DNA of 64,000 nt from Anthoceros angustus (lineage: Eukaryota > Plantae > Anthocerotophyta), in assembly GCA_010909165.1 (NCBI GenBank), contig MU008153.1:124001-188000 (forward strand), given 5' to 3'. Numbering within the stretch: the stretch's first letter is position 1; every line of letters begins with the position of its first letter. Made by a program: the position numbers and the translations under genes. Positions 24,001 through 36,549 of the stretch are shown here, piece after piece. Below the pieces are notes generated by a model. The model was not told the origin of the DNA and did not search any database. It saw only the letters and a list, made by a program, of their open reading frames with translations.

Positions 24001-24514
24001 GTACATGCAAAACACAGTGCTGTTAGTGCAAGGTGATGACAAATCGGTGGACTTGCTGCGGAAGGAGCTTTGCTTTCATGGAGAAGGCATGGTTTATGTC
24101 AAAGGCTTGCTAGGGAGGTCCGATATGCATGACATCCTCTTACTGACACCAAAAGTGCCCATCATTGTATTTCTCCCACGACACTTGGAGAGCCTCCTTA
24201 GAGGGATGGTGTGAACTACATAAAATCATTATTTGCCGTCCATCGTGCCCGACATCGAAGAGCTATTGGTAGCCATGACGCCTGTGACCTCTTTCTCAAG
24301 CTAATGCCTATGATTTATGAGTTGCACGGGATATGACCTTGTCACCGCCGCCCTTCAAACTCATATGGAATGTTGGACCTGGTTGTTGCAATGACAAGAC
24401 AAAGAGATGGGGCAACATTGGTGACTTTAAGATGGAGGTGAGCAATTCGTGACTCGAATATGTCTTGAAATCGTGGTGGCCGGAGACATTTGAATGGTGT
24501 GTTGCCATGATCCT

Positions 24515-26410
24515 TGGTAGTTAGCTGAGAATCTTGTAAGGCTTGAGCGCGTAGTTGGACTTCACAGACTCAACATGGACTTCAAATGTTATGAAGGGGC
24601 TAGCGTTGCCCAATTGGCTATGCTTTGATCTATGGCACCTTGATTGGTAAGCCATATGGTGGGGCTTATCATGTGATTGGTAAGCCGTGTCGACTTTAAT
24701 GAAACTCATATGGTAGCTTTCATTAGGCTACAAGCCTTGTTCTTGTCGGTGGAATCAAGCGGGAAGCACACAAGGCGGAAGATACATTCATTCAATTACT
24801 CAAGAAAGAGAACAATGGAGTTTATGTACAAGTGAGATAACTAACTAAAATTGTTTTGATAACTATCCAACTACGAGCGGATATAATGGTAAGTAGATCC
24901 CGACTACTAGACCAATAATTTTACACTCCCTCTTAGTGAGTCATAGGGATCAAAATCAGCGCATGGTGATTTGATCCATAATTGCACGATAACTTCACAC
25001 TCCAAAGCGAGCGCTTGAAAACACATGCATAAGAAACACCAAAGGGAATCTTTCGGACACGCCTAGTCATGGACTCCTCCATCAACTACGCTCCACTACC
25101 TCTGCTACAAAACTTGAGATGGCAACATTTGATGTCGTGGAACTTGCCTTGGTTGTTTGCGCTGTGTTAGCTGCAGTCTTCACATTCAGTCGTGTGCTTA
25201 GGTTTGCAAGACAAGATCCCACTTGATGAGTAGATGGATGGACAGCTAGGCTAGTGAGCAACTCCCTTAGAGTTTGCAGCTAGAATATCAATGGCCCCTA
25301 CAGCTAGAGTGTGCTTTTCATGTAGTACCCTAGGGAGCTTTATATTGGGCCGGGCTATAGGTGCAAATCTTTCAAGAAACTACGAACCCAAAAACTCCTT
25401 AGGTGCAGTCATTGCCCCATATGCTTCCGTTGAAGATAGCTGGTGCTCGACTTTTGATGACCACGAAAGCGAGTCATCCCAAGAAACATACAATAGGTAG
25501 TGCTCGACTTCTTTGATGACCAAACAGAGTCATCCCAAGAAACATACAGGCTGGTGCTCGACTTCTTTGATGACCACGAAGCAGTCATCCCAAGAAACAT
25601 ACAATAGGCGCCACACTCTTCCTTGTCCACAAGGTCTCTTGCCCAGTCGGCATGGCGTGGGTCATGAGTTGGAGATCACCAAGAGTCTTACGAACGGAGT
25701 CCTTTCCTTGGAGAGCCCTTCAAGTATCTAAAGATTAACTTCTCTGCTGGCCAATGGGCAAGCCTTGGGTTTTCTAGAAATTGGCTAAAAGTACCAACGG
25801 CTCTGGTGATATCTAATCTAGTCTAGTTTGACAAGTAAATGAGGGACCCCACAGCCTGTCTATATGGTTTAGAAGCCATTTCCAGCTTTTCAGCTTCCGT
25901 ACTAAGACACTGCTCAAGGGGTAGCTTGTCATCTATACTCATTGGCATTGATACGGAATGACTACCACATTAAACCTTCGAAAAGTGCGCAAAGTGTGCA
26001 CGATGAATGTCAATGGTCTTATCTTTGCTATTAAAATGGAACTAGCCACGAGGAAAAGGTAAGTTGCCCTAGGTCATTCATCTCAAATCAAACTTGGTAA
26101 GTAAGATCTTCTTAATCATCCATCGTGTTGCCGAGGTACTAAACAGGATGTTGTCATCCACATAAACAGCCGATTAGAAAGTCTACTCCTTCACTTAGCA
26201 AGTACACCGTTGTCAACGTCCATACAAATGAAGCCTACCTCTATAAGGAGTTGATGGAATACCTCATCTGCGTGCTCTCAAGGATCGCTTGAGGCCATAA
26301 CGTGTTTTAAGCAACTTACACACTTTGTCCTCATCAACAATGAAGCCCTCTGGTTGACACATGTAAATCTCCCCCTCTAGCAGGCCATTCAGAAAAGTGG
26401 TCTTCACATT
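24515..26410. repeat. Direct duplicate of window 1-~1890 (flank, Copia A 3' LTR, RNase H, RT)
   Basis: Collinear near-identity that includes the non-LTR flank; the copies diverge after agaaaagtggtcttcacat. Confidence 0.9.
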
Positions 26411-27855
26411 CCGGCAGCATCATGATAGAGGAGCCCATTTAGCAGCCTCATCATCAGATGGTTCGGTCTTGATACGCTTAAGACTGGGGGATGGCGATAA
26501 CAATGGTCTGTACGGTACATACGTACAGCCCTTGCAGGTAGTGGATTGCTATCAAGTCGTGACTCAAAGCTAGATTCTTGGGCAAAAATAGCATTACATA
26601 ATTCCTCATGTTTGAGGCCAGTTGGCTGGTGAAATCCTTTGGTGAGTGATAGTAAGAAGGAGGCCATACTTTTGCTAACCGTATGTATCCCATGCTAGCA
26701 ATTGCATGCCCACAACCGTATGTCCTGCATATGCATAGGTACATCTAACAATACCATGCATCCTTCCAATTCTCATAGAAGCATAAAATGCTTTTGCATT
26801 GTGGATGAAGTTTCCATGGGTTGCGACACAAGAGCCTTTGGTTATCATTTCTGATACACCCTCCGATGCACAATGCCCAGCATATGCTTCTATGAGAAAA
26901 CCGCTTCTTCCAACACTCCAAAGCCCCGACAATTGCGATCTGAACGTCTTCCTCTATCCCTCTATTAAGACATAAACAAGGTTGATCACTCTCTCGATCT
27001 TGTTTTTATCTGTGTCTTGCCTAGGCGAGAATGAGAGCTTTGTGAGATTGTGCATGTCTTGGGTCAGGAGTCAATCGCTAAGATCTTAGGCTACTACAAA
27101 GCAAGCACTTATCGTTAGTTCAGGTCAGCTGCATAGTAAGGATTGTTACTTTATGGTATCAAGGGCATAGTCCATGCTTCAAGTGTTAAGAAAATAGATA
27201 AGATGGTTGACTCAAGCGAGCATAGCAAACCAAAATTGAATAATTGGCAACAATCATATGATCGGTAGTATGACACTAAACTAATTGGCTATCATAATAT
27301 TATGATTAGCACTGTATTTGAGCAAAGTGGCGTCTTTCTCACTCCTGCGTGGTGGTGGTGTGGGGCGGTTCCCACGTTCTTCCGATTGGTAGTCAGGGCA
27401 AGGGTGGAAGGCCTTGAAGGTTGCTCTGGCCTGCGCCATGTCGTGGGTGAGAAGATCCTGAATGTCTTTCTTTGGACATCCTTGCCTCTAAATGAAGCCG
27501 ATTAAATTGCCATGCTCAATGATTCCATGATCCGATCTCGCCACAAGAGTCTGATGATCAATTCGGGCTCTTATACCATAATGAAATTCAGATGGTAGCT
27601 TTCATTAGGCTACAAGCCTTGTTACTGTCGGTGGAATCTAACGGGGAAGCACACAAGGGCGGAAGATACATTCATTCAATTACTCAACAAAGAGAATAAT
27701 GGAGTTTATGTACAATAAGTGAGATAACTAACTAAAACCGTTTTGCTAACTGTTCGAACAAATAACTAACTAAAACTGTTTTGATAACTATCCGAACTAC
27801 CTGAACGGATGTAACTGGTAAGTAAATCCTGATTACTAGACCAGTACATTCTACA
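26410..27855 (-). mobile_element. Copia A-family 5' end: LTR (27582-27855), PBS, degenerate gag
   Basis: PBS TGGTATAAGAGC on minus at 27567-27578; gag-like FLLSL.K.F...LKHEELCNAIFAQES at 26404-26667. Confidence 0.78.
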
Positions 27856-27894
27856 ATATTTGCATTTGTATGTTAGCGTTCACATCATTCTACA

Positions 27895-28112
27895 TTTTAT
27901 TTCACTGAAAAGAGTGAATCTCAAGCACTTTAAATCCACTTCACATGGTTTTATTTCACTAAAAAGAGTGAACTTGAAGCAGCCTAAATCCACTTCACAT
28001 GGTTTTACTTCACTAAAAAGAGTGAACCTAAAGCAGCCTAAATCCACTTCACATGGTTCTATTTCACTAAAAAAAGTGAACCTGAAGCAGCCTAAATCCA
28101 CTTCACATGGTT
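27895..28112. repeat. 54-bp minisatellite, 4 copies
   Basis: Unit (ttt)atttcactaaaaagagtgaacc(t)aaagcagcctaaatccacttcacatggt, with an internal TTCACT-N6-AGTGAA inverted repeat. Confidence 0.92.
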
Positions 28113-28249
28113 CAGGTATGTCTCGAGGTATGTAGCCTGAACGCATGGGCACCACACCTAGTCCCATGATACACTATCAGCTGTTTTGATATGACATTTC
28201 AATCCGTCGTTGTCTCAAGTATAGGTCTATTACAATATTAACAAGAACT

Positions 28250-31200
28250 ACTTTCTTTCCTGTTGTGCTGTAGATCGCTCCATAATCTACAGACGTTGAT
28301 AGTTATCTGCTTACGTACTTGCCCACTTCTCCTGGCGAAGGAATTGGTATAGATTTTGGGAGCTTGTCTTCTACCAGGTGGGTAGGATTGAAATAACCAG
28401 GAGCCATACGTCGTGGGCACGTCAGAGGATACACGGGACAGGCTCCCTCAGCAAACTCCTAAAAACCATATTTTCAGCAAATAAGATGCGATCGTGCTTT
28501 CCAGTATCTACCAAAGATTTCAGGACAAAAGCTTGGTACGTAGCATGTTCACCTCACAGAGCTGCAGCAGAAGCGTGTCAAGATCCACAAGCATACCCGA
28601 TCGGGACTCTTTAAGTACTGGTCGCAAGCGTCTCAAATAAACCGGAAGCCCAACTGGAGCCGCCACGTTGTAAGCGTTACCAAGGACACAGAGTGCCAGC
28701 GCCTCAGGTATGGCTGTTGCGCCCTGATTCATATGGTTACAATATGGGTTTTCATCAAAACGGTACCGGACCAATCTTTCCGTTATGTTCACTTTAAGAA
28801 CTCTTACCTGTTGCCACTCACGCACCACTGCTCGCCAGTTGACTCCCAGCAGTTGCTTGATGCAGTACAGGACCTCCAAGTAGAATTGGAAGGCTTCGTG
28901 GTCGAGAACGGGTTGCTGTAGACCACAAAACCTGGCAAACATGCTGACCTGAGGAAAGTTGACAGTTTATTAGGGGCAGTTTGCACTCTGGCATCTCGGC
29001 ACCAAATTAGTGAATAGTACTCATGGACAGAAACTACCTTGGGATCATCTAAGTAAGATGTGCAGCTGCCCAAGCACTCCAGAACTTTCTGTGGTCCTTC
29101 ATCTAAGCCGTGAATCTGATTTTACATCCCAGAGCATCAGATCTCAGCGCCCGGCAAGCACTCCAGAATAGACTATGTGACGTGGCCCTGCTGCTGCCAA
29201 AACTTACCTCTCTTAAAATGACTTGCAACTTGATGACAATCCCATCTTCTGGACGAGTCCTAGAGTTATTAGGGGTGAATTGTTGAAGCCTCTCTAACTC
29301 ATTCACACCTTCTGTGTAGATCCTAACGGCCAGTTTAATCAGTTTCTTCCTGCTCAACGCCATATCCGGATCGCTGGACAAAGAAAGAGGAGTGGCTGTA
29401 CGGATAAGGGTCTCCACATCCATTTGCTGCAGGTCCTCCGGCACCTGCACAGAGCTTTTACTCTCACCTGAGCAGTTGTTGCCATTCAGGAGTCCTAGCG
29501 TAGGCATAGTAGCTTCCTTTGAATGCAAATTTAACCTGTATGAATCTGTTCTCATAGGTTGTATCTGCACAAGTCCCCAAGTCCGCGCACTGTGTCGTAG
29601 CCAGATAGGTGGGCTTGTCTAGACCTTGCTCCCAGTCATTGTGGATGCTCATTTTCTCGATGCGTTGTTCCCACTCGTCGAGAAATTTCACTTTCTTGTC
29701 TCGTGGCTGTCTTGGCTTATCTGCCTGGACTGCATCTTCCACAAGCTGAATTGTTGTTTCGGAATCCGCATTCGCCTCCATTTCGTGCTCATCCAACATC
29801 TCAGTTGTTATGTCAGAATCCAATTTCGCCTTGATTTCGTGCTCATCTGCACACTGCTTTCGGATGATCTGCTCTTTCCATTTATTTTCCTTCAAGATTA
29901 GCTCCGCCAGTTGGACAAGTTCGGCAAGGCCAGTTTTGAGCAAAGCCACCTGCTTCGTGATCCTTCTAAGAGCACTGCTTTCTTCAGCCCACACACACCG
30001 CATCTGTTCGGGAGCAATGATTGGATGGTTACTGGTTTTTTCTTCTGGACCCTGATGGCCATACGTCTCACCTATCTCAACTATTGTGCCAGTCTTGCCA
30101 AAGAAATGAGCACCCATATGTACCTGGATGAACAGATCATCCTCAAAGGACCGGCTTTCATCAATAAGTTGTTCTTCAGTCTCCACCCTGTTCTTCAGAT
30201 CAGTGCCCAACTGAGCCCTGCAGAACTGCACTGTCATGATTCGAGTGTAAGCAACCAAACTCTTCAGATCCAGTACGTTCGTGCAAAGTATGAAATACTT
30301 GCCTGATTTGACTTCTTTAGCAAAGCAGACTTTAGCCTCAGCAGTAAAGGCGGTTCACTGCCCAACAGACTCACGTATCAGTGAATCAGGTCACATAATC
30401 AAGTGCATATGCTGCCGTGCAGGGTATCAGATCTGTACCTCTTCACAGCACCTATGTATGTGAGGTGTGACTGAGCTGCAGCCGACTCAACATTCGTGAT
30501 GTCAACTGTTTGACCATGATGCGGGTCACCGTAGCCCACAGAGGGGTCCAAACATTCGATGTGTGACTTTGCATCCATCAAATTCTTGAAGAAAGCCCGC
30601 GCATACCAGACAAGCTGATGAGCACTCTGGAGATCTCGTACCAGGACTTGGTTTGCTTTCTCCAGTTCCATAACCTTGTTCTGTTGGATATCCCAGTTAG
30701 GTCTGGACGCAATGGACTACTGACTGTAGCTGCTTAGTTCGCAGCCAGTTCTAACAGTCACCACAAGCTCAGTCTCTTTAGTTGCTCTCAAACAGATAGC
30801 AAACCAACGGAGTGGGAGCACCTCTGACTCTTTGAGCTGAACATCCATAGTCAAGGTGTCATGATTGCTGGCCAAGTATGCTTGTATGGCACAATCTCTC
30901 TCCTCTTTCTCAAATGCTAATTCCTGAGAAAGCCTAACAACCTGCAAAATAATGCCCTTGCCCTCTCAATACACACAGGAAATGAATATTCATATATTAA
31001 GGAATCGTTTTTACTGGTCATGGGTAGAATCAAAGAACTAACATGTGCCTGCAACTCCTGAATCTCATCTTTGAGCTTTGACATTTCATCCTTGTCTGCT
31101 ACTCCCGTCAGCAGCAGAAGCCGCATCTGCATATTGTGATTTAATTAGTTTAGTACCAAGTCACTCTTACACCTGTGTTCTCTTGCTGGACATCAGCAGA

Positions 31201-34200
31201 AGCCTTGAGGCTCAGGACTGGCGAAATACCGTGTGTCATAAAGTGGGTGTAGGAGTCATACCTTTTCTGTCATGTCTTCGTGATCTTTCAGCAGTGCGAT
31301 GCTTTCCTCGTGGGCCTGAAGCAATGACAAGAACCATGACTTAGATCATGTGTGTCCAAATGGCTTAGGCCAAATGGACGCACATTTATAAGAACGCCAT
31401 GATTAAGCATCCTGAGCTTAGATCGGTACTTAGATGGGGTGCCTAAAGGGAGTGGATGCCCTTGGAGCAAGTAGCTTAGGCACACCATGGTACAAGTTGT
31501 TAAGTACCAAGTCCCATGACGGAAATCCGTCCTTAGTGGACTTAAATAAAATTCTTCTTCTTCTTCTTCTTCTTCTTCATGAGACAAACAGCATCCTTAT
31601 GCAAACCTCTGGGCATAAAAGGACAAAGATTTTACCTGCAAAGCCCTCTCCTCTTGATGTTGAAAATCTTGCACAAGGGTAGTTATTCTGTCTTGCAAAT
31701 CCTGTAGAGCTATAATAACTTGAGGCTTGCAGCCACATTGACACAGGCAGTTGTGAAAGACATGAAGCACACGTTATCCTCTTACAGTGATGGCGTTTCT
31801 TTCACTTTCAAGATCTTGATCTTTCTTGTCCAACAATGCCTGTGTTTGGAGGTCCTTGCTAGCTGCTTCAGCCTTTTCATACTCCAATGCTCTTGAAAGT
31901 CGCTCACAGGCTGTTTTCTGTTCAAATAGTTGCACTTCTAGATCTCTCCTTTCTTTGATCTCCATTTCCAGTCTAAAGCATCAGATCAGTACAGGGATCA
32001 GACCACAGTGTGAATCTACCTTGCTACTGCCATTGACAACAATGCACATACAGAAAATTTGGCTGGAACAAGATCTTCCACCTTCTTTCAACCATGGTAT
32101 GTTTCCTCCACGTGGATCTGAAGACGTTTCTTAGACTCCGGATGTGCTGACTGGCCGCAATGACTATTTTCTGTGTCTTGATTAGTATGTCACAACTATC
32201 CCAATCTGAAGCTAGCAGGTCATCGAGACATTCAAATGCTTCTCCAAGGGTCATTGACATGTCATCTGTAGCTAATGGGTCTGTCCGAGTTAATGATTCA
32301 ATGCCCTTTCGTGCCTCAGCTACAAACAAGGCGTCATTTGCACTCCCGAGGTGACATAATCGCTGAGAAATTTTGTGCTGACATATTGGGTCCTCCGTTA
32401 AGCTGCTATGTAGCTGCTCAGCGACAGTACTCATAATCTCTATCCCAGCAAGAAGTTCAGATATTCTTTTCTTCTCCTGGTGATAGAGGTTCTCCATACC
32501 CAAAACAGACTGTTCAAGAAACTTGCTTCTCTGCACCAGCTCAATGCAACACAAGAAAACAATAAGGGACTTTTTAAAAGGGTAGTGGATGATTGGATAT
32601 GTGAGAGCTGTGGAATGTGCCCTACATTTTCGTGTTCAGTGACTTTGTTTTCTGCTACCAATAGTGCAGCTTCAAACGTTTGCCCCTTCTTTTCTAGCTG
32701 TGCGCACTCTTTGAACAGCTTTTCGTGCAGAAACTCAATATCCGAACACCTCTGTGCAGAGCATCCGACACACATGCCTCAAGGAAAAAAGCCATCGTAG
32801 AGGAGACTTTCATAAAGGAGCGCACAGGCAAGGACTTTCAGGAAAGGACATAACCTTTTGCAGGTCTTGGTACTTCACTTTTGTTTCTTCGTGCCAATCC
32901 CTTTCTCGTTCTAGTTCTTCTTCCACAGCTTCTAATTGTGAAAGCTTCATCTTTGCATGCATAAACTCTGCTTTCTGGGCGACATATGCGGCGTCCATTC
33001 TCTGATTGCCCCAACATATGTCATCAATGTCAACATTTATCTGTAGCATTGAACACTTGTGCACTTTTTTCTTCAGTATTTAGTGCGATGACTAGCTTGA
33101 CCCAGGAATTTCCTTGCAATGGAAAAAATCTCACCTGGTTCGTGCAGGTTTCATCATCAAGCTCCGTCTGCAGAAGCAAACTCTACCATATCAGATGCAT
33201 CGAATGCTGACAGGTTACGTCCACCAACAAAAAATGGGTGGCAAATCAGTGCCTGAAGTCTCGTGACCAAAGCTGCTGCCTCTTCTGCCCTTTGAACAGC
33301 CACTTTTTCTGAACGGCGTAGTATATGCAGCTCAGCTTGGAGCGTCTGGTACTGCTGAAGAATTGTCTTTGCAGCAGCAGCCTGCTGACCAGCTTCGGTC
33401 TCAGCTTCAAAACGAAGTGAGCTGTCCCCGTTGTGATACTAAGATCAGGCCCTCTGGGCATTAAGCACCCCAAAATTTCAAACTACATGCAGCATTTGAG
33501 GCAACAGAAGGGGAAATTGAGGTTCATCATGGCTAACTCTGAGGAACGTAAGAAGATAAAGGACTATATTTGGCTCACATTTCTTTGTTGAGTGCTCTTT
33601 CCAGGCCTATTTCTGACGGATACACAAATAAATAATTGTTAGCAACCCGACTTTGGAGTCGAGACTACAAGAAGATATAACAGGACAGTCAAAACAAGCA
33701 CATGGGCACACGGCCATTAGGTGAGGGATACACTGAATGAAAATGGATTGTGTACTAGTTTGTATCAGATCTGTTATCTGATCTTGAAACCGTGGTTGAT
33801 TGTCCTTTGCGTCCTGCAATTCTTTCTCAAGTTTCGATATCCTCGTTGCTAAGTTCCTTTGCACAAATTCACTGGAATATTGCTCCTGTATTCATCACCA
33901 ACCCTTTAGGTGACGAACCTGTGAAGCTTTCTAACAAACTATTTCCGCAAAACTACACCAGGAACTAGCAGTCAGTAGGCAAAGCCAACAGTCTGAAGTA
34001 AACCTGTTCCAGGGCTGCTTCAGAAGAGAAGAGCTTCTCCTGTAGCTTTTTCTCCTCTTCCCCAAAACATGACAGCTCCACCTGGAAAACATTAATATCA
34101 GCACAAACTCATGTTCAGCTCTCCAACTTTGATCAAGGGGACCTGAGAAGAGAACCTTCAACTGTCCTTCCAGCCTCTTTATCTCACTTTGTAATGCTTC

Positions 34201-35786
34201 AAGTTGCCCGTTAAATTCCATAATCTTCAGTGCATTCACAAGGTGGAAATAGTGTGTCCAAACTGTCCACAGAAGCTGTGATCGCTCTTTGCAGTTCAAT
34301 TCTACCTGAGAGTTTCCACAAGATCCAAGTAAGCTTCCTGCTTCCGTGATTCTCAATGGAGCAGAATCACAGGAAGCTCACCTGCCTAACAATTTCACAA
34401 AACGCCGTGTTGTAAACAACCAGAGCTGCCTCTGCCATGGCTATACCGTTTCTGCTGCTAGTAGTGTCATCTTCATTATCCCGTCTCAGTCCTTTCATAG
34501 AAGCAGCCTGTACATGGCAAGCAGCAGGTGCAGCAGAAGGGAACCGAATCTGCTCCACGTTCAACAATATGCCAGCTAGCCACTGCTCAAGCATGAGCAC
34601 ATCCTCTCTACGAGTGGGGCAAGCTGATGGGAAGATAATATGCTGCCACTGGCCTGTGGAGATGCAAAAGCCAAGGTCACATACTCACTCTGCAATCAGA
34701 ACAGGCAGCAACAAAGAAACGGCATCCTCTACTTCACGCTTGGTTACTTGAAAGAAACTACCTGTTGGCTGGTAGACCACTTCATTGACCTTCTCATCAC
34801 GAATGTAGATTGGGTGGTCCTCTGCGTACTGCACTAGACTTTTGATCCAAGTAAGATCGGAGTGCTCAGTTCTCACTCTCCAGGTGACTGAAGAAGAACC
34901 CGCACCTTTGGGAGCCTCACCACTATTTTCAGTGGAGTTTCCCTGACACAAACCGCAGAACACGGATTGTAAACTCGATTACAGGCCTCAGGCTGGCGTG
35001 ACCAAGCAGGCTGAAAAGTTTACTGCTCACCTGCTCAGCAAACCGTACCCGAGGTCCTGCTGCAGCAGTTGCTGGACGCTGCTGGCTGCAGTCCTCTGCC
35101 ATTGAGTCACGTTCATCCTAATCATCACAGAGATGCACAGATACTCAAGAACAAAACACTCGGTTCATGAACAAGCCAGGGTTTGAGATGAGTTACAAAA
35201 TCTGACCTGCAGCCAATCTCTGGGGGAAGCAAGAACGTTGTTCCCCAATTTACCGCAGCTTCTAAGACCCTTCGTAGGGTACTCCTTAGCCAAATCAGGC
35301 ACAAAATTTCCACCACCATCTTTCGGACTTCTGCTCATCAGCTCAAGCTTCTTGCTATCCCCACCCTTGGGAATGTTTGATATTTTGAAAGCAGTTTTAT
35401 CTCGACCTGAACTAGGCTCCCCTGCACTAACATCCAGCCCCCTTGCCTGTGCCCTCCCAGGGCTGCCAGGTTTCCGTGGGGACAGGGCTTCGGCTTCATT
35501 TGCGATGCCGGAATGTAGACTCTCCCACTGCTCATTGATGGCTCTGACGGCCCTGCTCCAGGAAGCCCATATCATTTAAGCACAAGGCGATGCTCGTCTG
35601 AGCTTCAGGAGGGCCCTGGAATTCCAGAGTTGGACAAAAGCTGGAAACAAAGGCTAACTTGGCACGCAGATCTCTGCTGCCGGACCAAGCAGTCGAGGGT
35701 CTCCTGCTTTGCAACAAGCTGTGGCGAGGCTCAGGAATTGGCTCGATTGTGCTTAAATCCTTCTCAGTCGCCACCCGCACTTCCAT
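28250..35786 (-). CDS. Large multi-exon coiled-coil protein of unknown function (exon structure approximate)
   Basis: Many short minus-strand ORFs with E/K/Q/L heptad content (e.g. ALEYEKAEAASKDLQ, KLSQLEAVEEELERER) separated by GT-AG introns. Non-coiled terminal regions; candidate ATG at 35786. Confidence 0.62.
31346..31515 (+). repeat. ~170-bp dispersed repeat (intronic); inverted copy at 36081-36258
   Basis: atgtgtgtccaaatggcttaggccaaatgg...gtaccaagtccc matches the reverse complement of 36081-36258. Confidence 0.85.
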
Positions 35787-35890
35787 CTCCCGAGCTTTTC
35801 TGTGGATAAGAAAGGCGGAAAGATTGTCCCTCCCCTGCTGCCCGCTTTCCCCGCTCAAGGACAGCACACCAAACCAAACTTCCAGACCAC

Positions 35891-35973
35891 AACGGAAACG
35901 TAGCCCGTCGGGGCGAACCGTTAAAGGCTCTTTCAAAGGCGAGGGGCTTGATCAACGATCAACTGCCCAACGG
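35891..35973. promoter_or_regulatory. Cluster of three MSA-core (AACGG) motifs upstream of the coiled-coil gene
   Basis: AACGG 35891-35895, CCGTT 35918-35922, CCCAACGGC around 35966-35974. Confidence 0.5.
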
Positions 35974-36080
35974 CGATCATTAAAATAGGGATTTTTCACC
36001 GATATAAAAATAAAAAATAGTCTTCTTTCACCGATATAAAACTAAAAATATGTCTAAAAATCTGCCAGTCACGGGACTTT

Positions 36081-36258
36081 GGGACTTGGTACTTTAACAG
36101 CTTGTACCATGGTGTGCCTAATGCCTAAGCTACTTGCACCAAGCGCATCCACTCCCTTTAGGCACCCCATCTAAGTACCGATCTAAGGCTCAGGATGATT
36201 AATTACGCGTTCTTATAAAAGTGTGCCATTTGGCCTAAGCCATTTGGACACACATAGA
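36081..36258 (-). repeat. Inverted copy of the 31346-31515 repeat
   Basis: Reverse-complement match with scattered substitutions. Confidence 0.85.
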
Positions 36259-36549
36259 GTCCAGTATTTAAACTGCTAGAGTATGGGACCAGAATACAAT
36301 GCGACTCGCATGATCTTTGGTATTAGTTAGATTCACCTACTTGACTTCCACCTTATCTGATGTAGGCTAGATGAATGGGTTTGAACAATGAGGTCATGGG
36401 TGGACAGGGTCACTGGGCTACTGTCCCTGAAGGGAAGAATTCTCAAGGTATATTTACTTAGAGGTACTTGACACCACAACAGTGTGCCACAGGAGGTGGC
36501 TGCGATGTTCCTACTCCTGCTGCAAGAAGCTTGCAAACACTAGAGGTCT

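Noticed and set aside
27895-28112. CRISPR-like array (repeats with internal palindrome)
   Set aside because: No unique spacers, no cas genes, eukaryotic context.
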